DNA from: Eledone cirrhosa
Lineage: Eukaryota
DNA length: 64,000 bases
Direction: 5' to 3'
Assembly (NCBI GenBank): GCA_964016885.1
Contig: OZ024742.1
Span: 330,522,001-330,586,000, forward strand
Within the stretch, counting starts at the first letter, position 1. Every line of letters begins with the position of its first letter. The translations under genes were made by a program, and so were the position numbers. Below the pieces are notes generated by a model. It worked only from the letters and a program-made list of their open reading frames with translations. It was not told where the DNA came from and made no database searches. Shown in pieces: positions 1 to 13,019 of the stretch.

Positions 1-641
1 GCGTGCTTCAACATATGGAATATTATGAATTTTATGGACTTATGCTAAGTGAGTCTAGCTACCCTATTCGAACATTCCAAATGTTAAGCCACTCCACATT
101 GCCGTTAAAACTAATGGCGAATTAAAATAGGATGCGTTTTAATACTTAATCGTCGAAGGACGCCAATTTGGTATAGGTATATTGTCACCAATGTGGTAGA
201 GAAGTATATTTCAAGAGTTGTAATGTGTTGCCACGAGGAACCAGGTTTGGTAGAAAGATATGATAGGAATATCGACAACGACTTTAGCTTGTTTTTACAT
301 TATTTATTAACCAAGGATAAGAAGTGAGATAGGCTGGCATGCCAAGAGAAATGAAATAATTCAATTAAGATTACAATAGAAAATACAGTCGACTGGCTGA
401 GGCGTTTAGCCAATTCCGTAGTAAAATTGTTGTGTCGTTACATATTGCTTGTGCTTACGGAGCATAAGAACAAGCGTGTTTTACCTTAGCAAGATCCAGC
501 TGCAAGTGATAGCGTCGTCAAATCTTTGCGGGCTATTTCTCCCTCAGATGGCGTAGGATACATCCTCTTCTACTGGCGCTGATTGGCTGAGCTGAGCCAG
601 ATCACGCACAGAGAATGTATGTGAGCCCGCGGAATGTAGGT

Positions 642-756
<115 letters not shown>

Positions 757-1149
757 TAAGCAAAGAGATATTTAATTTCTTGGTAATTCAACAAATATAT
801 ATATTTATAACAGATTCGAAGCACTATCCAAGTAAAACCGTTAAGATCTCATTCCTGGATATGTCAATATTTGCGTGTAAATGTATGCGTGTTTCTGCCT
901 GTACGTGTGTTACATTTCTTGAAATCAATGAACTATTATGTTACTTTCAAAGTATTCAATGTCATTAGCTGTGTACATTCTGTGACCAACGAAGATACAG
1001 GAATTTAGAGTACATCTAAACGTACAGAATATATAACGATGGCAATTATATTTTAATCTGATTAGTGCGATGTAATTTATATCCGATTAATTTTCTACGG
1101 TGAAATAAATATTTGATTCGATATATTATAGCACTACATATATTTTGTA

Positions 1150-3870
1150 TGTTTTAATTAAAACAAGATTCAATCAAGTAGAAGCTGGTACACTGAGTGT
1201 GGCGAGAGATATTGAACACTGAGGAACCAAGAACATTATAGCGGTGGCGATTGTTTTCACTGGCGTCCTTAATTGTGGAGAAGTAAATAGGAACATTAGA
1301 AGAAGAAACAAGCTTAGTACTACTACCGCCATCGTAAATTCTTTATTATTATAAGAGAAGGGTAATAAAGATAACAGATTCGTATACGACAGGGGAGGAA
1401 GGATACGTCCCCAAAGATGGCGAATGCATGCATATTTACAATAAGAAAATAGAAAACCAGACAAGTATAAATAAAACAGCTCACAGGAGGAATATACAAT
1501 TAAATTAAACAATTGTCTGCACATAAAGAAATGTTGAAACAATCGGATGAACCACCACAATGGCTCCAATGCATAGAACATACGTAAGCAAGCGCAGGAA
1601 TGATTGAAAACCAGAGGGCTGGGAGAAACATACATATAATAAATGAGCCCTCAAAGCAGTAAAACACTACAGATTATATACAATTAGGAACCTCGGCTTT
1701 AGAGCAAATAAAAACAGTATTGTAAAAAGAAAGCAAATCCACAATCATGAGGAGGATCACAAAACTGACAAACAAAATATGCATTAAAATACACAGCTTC
1801 AACAAACATATGTTATCGACTCAATAAGAAGTATAATGAAATCACACATAAAATAAGGATGATTCAGGTAAAATCTTGATTTTACAGACATAAAGTTGAT
1901 GGAGAAGAATTAATGATGATGATCACAGAAAAAATGAAGACATTTCAAAGGTAAAATTGACAAAATTCATCAAAATATATAAACATTAGAAGATCAAATA
2001 TTTTAATGAAATAATTGTTTCTACTTTAGGCACAAGGCCAGCAATTACACAGTACATTACTGGTACTTTATTTTATCGACCCCGTAAGGATGAAAGGCAA
2101 AGTTAACCTCGGCGGGATTTGAACTCAGACTGTAAAGGGACGTAACTATGCTAGAAAGCATGGTGTCCAACCCTCTACCGATACTGCCAATTTAATGAAA
2201 TAATATATACAACATCCCTGCTACAGATTATATCCACAGAGACAGCCATGAAATAAGCACAATGCAACTATTGACCACATCATAGGGAAACGCCTACGCT
2301 ACATCAATTTTTAGTATTACAACAAATAGATCAGTAGTGATGGAAGCGAGTATTTTGATGTGAAAATTGATGTACTACAGATATGTTCTAATTATACTAC
2401 ATTCTAAGAAGATGACCAAAATGAAACACGGTGAAAAAAAAAACAATTGAAACAACAGGCTTTATTTACCGGAGATTCGAACTTTCTATACTCTGAAAGT
2501 ACCCCAACAATGAGAATACTACATATAGGAATATACTATATCGTAGAAACTTAACTCACACTGCTTTAAAACTTGTTTCCAACAAACTAACACACCTTAA
2601 ACATTCAAATTTAAACTAATAACGTAAATTAGAATAGGACATATAAATGAACACAAATAACGGACAAACAAAAAACGGATATTGGAAGAGAGACACAATA
2701 TATCCATAACAGACAAAGTAAACAACAAATCAACAAACGACCATATCATAAAAAGGCATACAGAATACTGACCAACAAGATCCATATCAGGACAACTCAT
2801 CTAAAAGCAAAACTAAAAAGAGACATGAGAAAGTGTATGTATGTAAAACAAACCCTAAATTCGGAATTCAGGACGCGAATTGGATAAAAGTGGAAATACT
2901 CGAAGACTTGAAATGATACGTTTCCCTATGGAGGAATGAATAAATGATAAAAATAATGGAATATAAATATAAAGAAATTATGAAAACGCGTACATGGCCA
3001 TCATGGACTTAATTAACATAAACAAAATTATTCGTATCACAACGCTAGATAATATATGCTGTTGCCACAGTTGTTACGAAATCTACTTGTTCAAATGCAG
3101 GAAAATCAGAGCCGAAACATGAAGGAGTAGAACATCGCTTCTACTTTCCATCATTTCGTCTAATCAAAAACACAGAACAAATAGTTCTGAAAAGACCTAC
3201 AGGAAAATACTATGCCTCTTTACACAAGCCTACCAAACAATTAGAAACAAAAGGAAAACAAAACTAGTCCAAAACACACCACGAAAAATAACAATCAACA
3301 AAGCTAGTATTAAGAGGATTGTGTTTCTCAAGTCGCAACCTCTTTCAATGCTTGATTTCTATCAAAGTGTGGCTTCAGGATAATTTATTACCATATACAT
3401 TGTAGTGCACAAAATACTATAAATAGAACACTATAAAGAGAAAAGAAACAGTTCAGATGAAAAAACTCCCTTTCAAGGGTAATATTAACCCACAAACTCT
3501 CAGAGGCATGATACAGTATATACAATATACTCTATATAATCATATCTGTCAGAAAATTATCACAAGCCTAAAGTAGCCTAAACACACAATGCAAGTCAAA
3601 AATATCCAGTTGAATAAAATTAACACTAAAATTAATCACCTTCAGAGAAAGAAAGACTCGGTAATTTCATATGTTAAAAACATGCGTCACAGAATCGATC
3701 CAACCACAATATAATGCTTTACTCTACCCAATAATACCTCCTTGTCGTTTACAATTCAAATCTAACAGAGGGACATTACCAGTCATAATTCGAGGGATAA
3801 ACAAATTATCATTCGAATACAAAATCGATATACACAAATGCTGTATTGCATCATTAAATATTATTGTAAC
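1150..3870 (+). mobile_element. Highly decayed A-rich retroelement-like relic, family unresolved, interrupted by a SINE
   Basis: Strong A-rich strand bias over ~2.7 kb, no intact ORF, only hints of APE-like words (TIDHII near 2270, FTGDSN near 2465). Confidence 0.25.
2016..2190 (-). mobile_element. tRNA-derived SINE (family A) with 14-bp target site duplication
   Basis: Minus strand has B-box-like GAGTTCAAATCCC and core GCCTTTCATCCTTACGGGGTCGATAAAATAAAGTACC; TTTAATGAAATAAT repeated at 2002-2015 and 2191-2204. Confidence 0.9.
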
Positions 3871-3900
3871 GTTGTATCTAAATGTTATCAATAGTAGTAG

Positions 3901-3985
3901 TTTCATCCTTACGGGGTCGATAAAATAAAGTACCTGTAATATACTAGGTAATTGCTGGCCTTGTGCCAAAAGTAGAAACAGTTAT
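3901..3985 (+). mobile_element. 5'-truncated SINE family A followed by (AGT)n
   Basis: TTTCATCCTTACGGGGTCGATAAAATAAAGTACC...GCCAAAAGTAGAAACA matches the other copies. Confidence 0.85.
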
Positions 3986-4468
3986 CAATAGTAGTAGTAG
4001 TAGTAGCAGTAGTAGTAGTAGTAGTAGTAGTAGCAGTAGTACTAGTAGTAGTAGTAGAAGAAGAGATAGTGTTGGTGGCAGTGGTGGCGGTGAGAACGGT
4101 GGTTGTATTGCAGTAGTTTTCATGTCTTAAATTTTTATTCTGTTATCTAGGAATTATGTCTGCAATACTCATTTTAAATGAGGGAGAGAATTTGAAAAGA
4201 ACAAGTTTAAAGAAGGCAATAAATTACTAACGTAAACTAGTTTTTATGAAATGTGCAATATGACACGCGCCTAAAAATGATTAACAAGCTATTACGATTA
4301 CGCATTTACAATTGCTAAACAACAATGTGTGTATTAACGTTGAGAAGAAAACAAATATGAACACTTTTTTTTTCAATCAAAGCAGTATAGATTGAATCGA
4401 GACACTCGGATATATATACTCACACAGACACACATATGCAATCACGTATAGAAGCAAACACGCACACG

Positions 4469-4514
<46 letters not shown>

Positions 4515-5137
4515 ATCATTAGATGTGTTTTCAAGGAATAAGTATATGGGAGTTTTACAACTTTTTAACATTTCAGTTGTCAAGTCTACCAATCTATTTT
4601 ATATGTTTAGGTACAATCTGAAGAAATTAACGAAGTTAAAACATTTCTATATCTCTATTTTTAATGCTAAAGTTATTAAATACATTTTACAACCTGTCTA
4701 TGGGGAAATGTTATCACATATCTAAATTGTAAGAAAGCATATATACCCATGTATGTAGATACGTTCATGTACAAATATATGCATGGTTATGCGTGTAAGT
4801 ATGTGTCCATACATGTTTAATAAAATATCCTTACTTTTTTTGGCATACAAACAGATAGTTAGAGAATATGGCGTGTTCAAATATAAATTGGTTTAATATA
4901 TTTCTAGTCGTTTCTTAACGAAATACGATTTGTTTATTGCCAATATAATTCCCTTTACATACACACATTCTGAAAATGTGTGTAATAGTGTATGTATGTG
5001 TGTCTGTGTATGCGTATGTGTGTCCGTCTACCGTGGCAAGTGTTTCTCTAGAAATGATGAAACAAAAAGAACGATCTATGTTTTAAACAGAGCTGATATA
5101 TCAGTAATGTATGCATGTCAGGTTCTTCTCAAGTGCT

Positions 5138-5405
5138 ACTGGTAACATGTAACCCAATACAACCTGTCCATTGGTCGGGTCGTCGGCGACTAAACCAGAA
5201 GATCCACCAAGCTAGCTTGCTGAGGAGGGTGGTATTTGGAGAATCTGTGGGATGAAATACAAGACCCAGCTAAGTGCGGAAGAACTCAGCAGATTCAACG
5301 GCCATCCAAACAGTACTTTTCTTCATTTTTACCTTGGAGTGAAAGGCCCCAAGTTGCTGTCACAACACCTTTCTAGAAGAGCGAAACTGAAAAAAGAAAC
5401 CTACG
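5138..5405 (+). mobile_element. RTE-clade LINE 5' UTR-like fragment
   Basis: Homologous to 59068-59310 (ACAACCTGTCC..TGGTCGGGTCGT.GGCGACTAAAC...GAGGAGGGTG...GGCCATCCAAA); RTE assignment is from recall of the CTAGGAGAAGGAAAACTCTGA motif in the second copy. Confidence 0.5.
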
Positions 5406-5619
5406 TCTTCGGAAGCATCCGATGATGTTGACCAGTGCTCCCTTTCGGGTAGTGTTTTCGAGTGCAAGACCTTTGCCCACTTAAAAAACTATTCAAATCA
5501 CAGACATTGCTTGTTCAAGATATGTTACAATTTCGTGTGGCTGGCCGTAGCCTAGAAGTGCTCCAATCACTGTAACCTGGAACGCGATTAGAATACTCTT
5601 ACCAGAGGTTGCAGCTATC

Positions 5620-6135
5620 ATGTGTGTACGAGTGTATGTATGTATGTTCTTCTGGTTTTATAATTTCACAAATTCTTTCCCAATAGAGAGAGATTCGGTT
5701 TCTAACATAGACAGAAGACTCTCTCATTGGAATTTACACAACATCAACTAGGTAGATATGTATGCATGCATGTGTAGATATGGATGTTATTGAATGTGTG
5801 GATGTGGATGTTTTGAGTTGTATGTGTGCATGTGTATATGCTTTGTATCTGTACATGTGTATATGCAGTTATTACATGCAACATTTTACATATGAATGTT
5901 TTACATATTTTACTGCTCCATTAATGTATTGTACTTGTAATTTCCTAACTAGTTGTGTCCTTTCTGTTCCTGTGAAGCCTAGCTTCTCAAGATTTGTATT
6001 GAGGCAGTTACTAACATACACCAGTGCCTCAATAATCACAGGCATACATCTGAAGGTGTAATCAGGGTGGAGTATCTGCAGATTCCTCATCAGTCTTGCA
6101 TAGATATTCTCCTTTTCGCTAATCTTTGATATTAA
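5620..6135 (-). mobile_element. R4/Dong-type LINE, short 3' fragment in tandem with the next copy
   Basis: ORF 5872-6090 matches the C-terminus of the larger copies; same 3' UTR and (ATAC)n tail. Confidence 0.85.
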
Positions 6136-9039
6136 TGTATGTATGTATGTATGTGTTTCATGTATGTATGTTCTTCTGGTTTTATAATTTCACAAAGTTT
6201 TACCAATAGAGAGAGAGTCGGTTTCTAACATAGACACAAGACTCTCTCATTGGAACTTACACAACATCAACTAGGAATACTATGATTGGCAGTATCGGTA
6301 GAGAGTTGGACACCATGCTTTGCAGCATAGAGTTACAGTCCTTTATCGTCTGAGTTCAAATCCCACCGAGGTAAACTTTGCCTTTCATCTTTACGGGGTC
6401 GATAAATTAAAGTACCAGTAATGCACTGGGTAATTTACTGGTCTTGTGCCAAAAGTAGAAACAATTATGTATGCATGCATGTGTAGATATGGATGTTATT
6501 GTATGTGTGGATGTGTATGTTCTGAGTAGCTTGTGTGCATGTGTATATGCTTTGTATCTGTACATGTGTACATGCAGTTATTATGTGCAACGTTTTGGGA
6601 ATGTTTTACATATTTTTACTGTTCCATTAATGGATTGTACTTGTAGTTTCCTAAGTAGTTGTGTTTTTTTCTGTTCCTGTGAAGCTCAGCTTCTCAAGAT
6701 TTGTATTGAGGCAGTTACTAACATATCCCAGTGCCCCAATAATCATAGGCATAAATCTGAAAGTGTAATCAGGGTGGAGTTTCTGCAGATTTCTCATCAG
6801 TTCTGCATAAATATTCTCCTTTTCACTAATCTTTGATATTGTATTGGCATCTGCTGTGCAGCTAATTTCCACTACTGTGCATGTTTTATTCTCCCTGTCC
6901 CATATCATAATATCTGGTCTGTTATGCCTGCATTTTATTGGGGTTTTTACTGGAACATTCCACCAGTACTCATATTATGTACATGGATGTCTTCCACATT
7001 GTTGTAGCTTTTAATGTGTTTATTATCGGGCTATGTTTTTTGCGAACTGCATTGTACAGTGTTTTGGCCACTACAACATGCCTCATAGGTAGATAGTACC
7101 GCGATAACGTCTTTGGACAGCTGCTGATGACATGGGTGATATCCTCGATGTTAGTTCTGCTGAGTCTGCACTTGTTATCACATCTAGTTGTTTTGCCTAC
7201 ATCTCTATCTCTTTTGTGAATCAGGTATTTTGTGCCAATCTCCTGTTCCGGGATTGCAATAGCGTATCCTTCAAAGTGGGAGCCAATATAGCGGTTGTTG
7301 GTCCAAGATAGACTACTTTCCTTATCTATATTGCTCTAACTCTGGAGCTTCCTGGCAACATATCCATGCATGTTTTTTGCTGATAGGCATGCAGTTTTTC
7401 ATCCATGGATTCTCTGCTATACTGCTGAGCGACATCCCTGGGTGTGATTTTTTGATTATCACACAGGGAATATCTCTCAAGGAGTTCCTTCCCAACTCTC
7501 ATGATCATCTCTGATTCATGCAGATAGACTTGCTCGAGAGACGGGATCCTACGTTTCGAGATTCGTAGATGTAGTCGGAGAGATATGATGCGACATTTAA
7601 ATGTTGTCTGGACTGATGTTAGGCCTCTGCCTCACTGCTTACGTTTCAAGTAAAGGCGGTCTATATCACTGTTGATGTGGAAGTTTCCGGTGTTGTTCAG
7701 TATTTTTCGATTTCCAGCATCAACTGCTCGGATTTTGTCTATCGTCCAATTGAGTATTCCAAACGTTGGTGTTAGGACAGGCACAGCAAACACATTGTGA
7801 GCCACTGTTTTGTTTTGCGCAGAGAGTTCAAATGACCACACCTTTCTTAATCGGGTGTAGTATTCCCTGGGGTTATGTGTTCTTTATTACATATACCATT
7901 ATAGGATATGTTCTCATCTTTCCCCAGGTATCTGTAGCAGTCCTCATTAGATATCGGTGAAACAGTTAGACCATTGATTACAATGTTGCTAGATTAGGCT
8001 GTTGTTTTTCCCCGCTTTACAGTCATGTATGAGCATTTATCTTGGCCAAACTCCATTCCTATATCCTTTGAGAATGTTGTAACCAGGTCAAGATTTGTCT
8101 TCATCCCATCCATGTTCTTGGCATAGAATTCCAGATCATCCACAAAGAGATTATGGGTCATGTTCGTATTTCTGTCCTCCTGTGAGCCAATGATGTATCC
8201 CTCACATTTCTTGAGCAGAAAGTACAAGGGGTTTAATGACAAGATGAACAATATAACTGAGAGTCTGTACCCCTGAAATATACCCCTGTAATATGTTATT
8301 TTATCAGTTAAATAGAGTCCTCCCTCTCTGTCTTTAACCTTAGGATAGTAGCCCAAGAAGAAGACAGCCTCTCTATGGCACTGACAATAATGTCTGGAGG
8401 GCCTCTATCATCCAAGAGTGGGGAACAGAATCGAAAGCTTTCCTGTAGTCCAGCCAGACTGTAGTCATATTCCTCCTAATGTGTCGTACCACTGACATCG
8501 TAGTTTTGTTAATTAGGAGTTGTTCAGCACATCCTCAAACCCTTTTCTTTCCATCTGCTTGTTCATCTGTAATGATGTTATTATTTTCACAGTGATATTG
8601 GAGGAATAGGTTCAGGCAGGCTGTATACATCTTATATATCAGGTTCTGGCATGCAATGGGTCGGTAGTTTTTGCCAAGCGGGTGTCTTTGTTCTGGGGGA
8701 CCGATCAACCATTCTGCTATAAGTGTATCTCCCTTAATAACTTGTTGGTAGAGGTCAGTAAGATACCTCCGATAGAATATTAGTTGCTTGTACCAGTAGC
8801 CGACAATCATGTCTCTTCCTGGTGTTTTCTTATCTTGGAGTTTTCCTATCACAGTCTCAAGGGTACCCTCAATTATTTCGTATGTTTTTGTTGTAGTGTA
8901 GGAGCAATAGTTCCTTCGGATTTCTCTTAGCCACACTGCATCTTGGTTGAAATTCTTCTTTTCACCCCATATTTTTCTCCAAAAGGAATCTATGTCTTTC
9001 TGGGCTGGGGCCTCAGCGACACTTATTATTTTGCCTAGG
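6136..9039 (-). mobile_element. R4/Dong-clade non-LTR retrotransposon (RT + CCHC + RLE endonuclease), 5'-truncated, frameshifted
   Basis: PGRDMIVGYWYKQL, NYRPIACQNLIYK, GIFQG, HNLFVDDL, DIGMEFGQDKC, then RPDI..WDR..VVEIS endonuclease; (ATAC)n tail at ~6136-6170. Confidence 0.9.
6284..6467 (+). mobile_element. SINE family A inserted in the LINE 3' UTR
   Basis: ATTGGCAGTATCGGTAGAG head, GAGTTCAAATCCC, conserved core; it interrupts sequence that is contiguous in the 5620 copy. Confidence 0.9.
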
Positions 9040-11250
9040 AGGAATATGGCTACAGCTTGACTAGACTACAGGAAAGCTTCCAAATCTGTTCCCCACTCTT
9101 GGATGATAGAGGCCCTCCGACTAGATAAAGTCACAGACATTATTATCAGAGCCATAGGGAAGCTGTCATCTTCTTGGGCTACTATCCTAAAGTTAAATAC
9201 AGAGAAGGTGGACTCTATTTTCACTAATAAAATAAAATATCGCAGGTGTATATTTCAGAGAGTTAGCCTGTCTGTGATATTAGACATCCTGTTATTTAAC
9301 TCCTTGTCCTATCTGCTCAAGAAATGTGAAGGATACATCATTGCCTCACGGGAGGACAGAAATACGAACCTAACCCATAATTTATTTGTGGATGATCTGA
9401 AACTCTATGCCAAGAACATGGATGGGATGAAGACAAATCCTGACCTGGTTACAACATTCTCAAAGGATATAGGAATGGAGTTTGGCCAAGATAAATGCTC
9501 ATATATGACTGTAAAGGGGGCAAACACAACAGCCCAATCTAGCAACATTTGTATCAAATGCCTAACTGTTTCAACAATATCTGATGAGGACTGCTACAGA
9601 TACCTGGGGATAGATGTGAACATATCCTATAAAGGTATCTGTAATAAGGAGCGCCTAACCAGGGAATACTACATCCGATTAAGAAAGATGTGGTCATTGG
9701 AACTCTCTGCGCAAAACAAAACAGTGGCTCACAATGTGTTTGCTGTGCCTGTCCTAACACCAACTTCTGGAATACTCAATTGATCGATAGACGCAATCCG
9801 AGCAGTTGATGATAGAACTCGAACAATACTAAACAACACCGGAAACTTCCACATTATCAGTGACATAGACCGCCTTTATTTGAAACGTAAGCAGGGAGGC
9901 AGATGCCTAACATTAGTCAAGACAACAATTGAATGTCGCATCATATCCCTCCAACAATATCTACGAAACTCAAAACGTAGGAGCCCGTCTCTCGAGCAAG
10001 TCTATCTGCATGAAACAGATAAGATCATAAGAGTTGGGAAGGAACTCCTCGAGAGGCATTCCCTATGTGATAATCAAAACTTACACACAGGGAAGTCGCT
10101 CAGCTGCATCGCAGTGAATGGATGGAAAATCGCATGATTAACAGCAACAATCATGCATGGTAATGTTGCCAGGAATCACCAGATTGAGAGTAATATAGAT
10201 AAAGAAAGTAGTCTATCTTGGACCAACAGCCTCTATAATGGCTCCCACTTTGAAGGATACGCCTTTGCAATCCAAGAACAGGAAATCAACACGAAATACC
10301 TGATTCACAAAAGAGATAGGGATGCAGGCAAAATAACTAGATGTGATAACAAGTGTAGACTCTGCTGAATTAACATTGAAGATGTCACCCATGTCATAAG
10401 CAGCAGTCCAAATATGTCATTGCGGTACTGTCTACCTATGAGGCATGTGTAGTGGCCAAACCACTGTACAATACAATCCGTAGAAAATATAGCCCCGGTA
10501 ATAAACACATTAAAAGCTACAGCAATGTGGAATACATACATATACATAATATGAAAGTTTACTTGTGGAATGTTCCAGTAAACACACCAATAAAATGCAG
10601 GCATAACAGACCAGATATTTTGATATGGGACAGGAAAAAAAAGGCATGCCCAGTAGTGGAAGTTAGCTACCCAGCAGATGCCAATATGATATCAAAGATT
10701 AGCGAAAAGGAAACTTCCACATTTATGCAGAACTGATAGGAAATCTGCAGATACTCCACCCCCATTATACCTTCAGATTTATGCTTGTGATCCTTGGGGC
10801 ACTGGGTTATGTTAGTAACAGCCTCAATACAAATCTTGAGAAGCTGGGCTTCACAGGAACAGAAAGAACACAACTAGTTACGAAATTGCATGTACAATCC
10901 AGTAAAAATATGTAAAAATATGTAAAACATGTAAAAATATGTAAAACATTCCAAACATTTTGCAACTAATAACTGCATCAACACACGTACAGTTACTAAG
11001 CCTATACACATGCACACATACAACTCAAAACATCCACATCCACACATCCAATATCATCAATATCTACACATGCAGGCATGCATACATATCTTCCTAGTTG
11101 ATGCTGTGTAAAATCCAATGAGAAAGTCTTGTGTCTACTTTAGAAACCGATTCTCTCTCTCTCTATTGTCAAATATTCGTGAAATAATAAAACCATACAT
11201 ACATACATACATACATACATACATACATACATACATACATACATACATAC
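9036..11250 (+). mobile_element. R4/Dong-clade LINE, second 5'-truncated copy, head-to-head with the previous one
   Basis: ORF 9103-9783 RT (HNLFVDDLKLYA, YRYLGI), CRLC finger, HNRPDILIWD endonuclease, (ATAC)n tail 11195-11250. Confidence 0.9.
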
Positions 11251-12300
11251 AGTCAACGCGACCAGTCGTATATTCAGCCATGCAGTTTGTAGCAAATGCT
11301 TGTAAAATGAATTATGTATTTAGTCGGATATCTCTACGAATACGAATAAAATTCTCTTCAGTGGATATAGTTAGAAGAATACCCTGTTATTCAACATGTA
11401 TGTATGTACGTATGTATGTATGTATGCGTGAATGTTTGTATGTATGTACCTACGTATGTATGTTAGTGTGTGTGTATGTATGGACGTATGCATATGTCTT
11501 ATATGTATCTCTAAAGGTTATTATAGCCTTGGTGGGAGTAGGCCTGAAAATCTATTCGCTCCTAAAATGCCCCACATGGCTTGCGCCATATATACATGTA
11601 TATGAATCCATACATACATGTATGGATACTTGTATGTATATATAATGTATATATTGTGAGATAACGAAGGGTTACCGTAACAGATATTTTATTGCATATT
11701 GAATGTTCTATGTATTTCACAAATTATTCGATCGAGGTCTTTATCGAAGTGATAGACCTGATTCCAATATCGATGTGCTCAACAGACGTGTGCACTCAAA
11801 TCACATCCTTATCCTCTCATAATGATGCACTAACTTGTAATTTTCTTCCAGAGAGTCCGTCGTTTTATATAAATAATTTGTGGCAGAGATTATACAAATA
11901 TTTTGCAGTCTTCCTCTGAAGGAATTTATGTCTGTGTAAATATTCATCTCTGTAATATTGTTTCAAATTTCAACAGTTATTCTGATTGTTATATATACCT
12001 ACCTTGAGGTGATCATGTATGTTTTATCTGTTTAATAGAATTGTTTCCACGCGAATGACTATAATTACATTTATTCTCATGAAAAGCTTTATAGTTGCTC
12101 TCTCTTTTCACCGTATCTTCCAAACTGCTGATATGTGATGGATTATTTCTCCGTCAGCATATTGTTGTTGTTTATATACGTTTGTCGCTGTGTAGGTTTA
12201 GCCTGTCGTTGAAATATTATTTTCCTTATTTAGTAGACATATGTTCTACTTGTATTATATAATCGTGCGTCAAAGTGTTATTGCGCGTATAAATAATTAC

Positions 12301-12372
12301 GTTGTAACATAATTCCCCGCCGATCTGTGACGACAAACATATTATCACAACGGTGGGAGTTTATGTTACAAC
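12301..12372. repeat. Small hairpin / MITE-like element
   Basis: GTTGTAACATAATTCCCCGCCG ... CGGTGGGAGTTTATGTTACAAC imperfect terminal inverted repeats. Confidence 0.55.
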
Positions 12373-13019
12373 CCCTATTTCTGTCTGTTCTCTGTGAAAT
12401 TATATCTATCTAGTAAACCTGACAACTCATATAACACGCCGATATTAAATCCCATTTGGCAGGAACAGAAAAGTGATGTATATGTAAGTTAGGTGATCCA
12501 TGCCAAGTTGTGAAATAGAAGTTGGGTCCAAGAGGCCGTGTTATTTCCAAATTATTTTTGCATTCTTTGATCTAACGTTTCTTGTAATTCTTGAATCCAT
12601 TCCAATTTAGATTTTAGTAAAATCAAGTTTATATCGAGAGGTAGAATAATAACATGCTGTTCATAGAGAGTGAGGGAGAGTGAGAGAGAGAAATATAGAG
12701 ATACAGGCAGAAGTTCACATACAGAGAGTGTGTGAATTAAAAGTATTGTTGACTTATTGGGAGCATTATAGTGAAACACAAGTGAGAGCGAACAGACTAA
12801 CGAGGGATAAATAGCATTATTTACTGAAATATTCATAAAATATATGGTGCCAAAAGGCAAATACATATCAAAGTAAATTAGTTATGTAAGTGAAGTAATA
12901 AGTGAGATCTATAAGACACTCGATTTCAGTTAAATGTCCATCATAATTGTGTGGGGTTATTACTAGGGGAGTCATAAAATTTGACAAACATGGGTAACTG
13001 TTTGGATTAGGCGTTTTAT

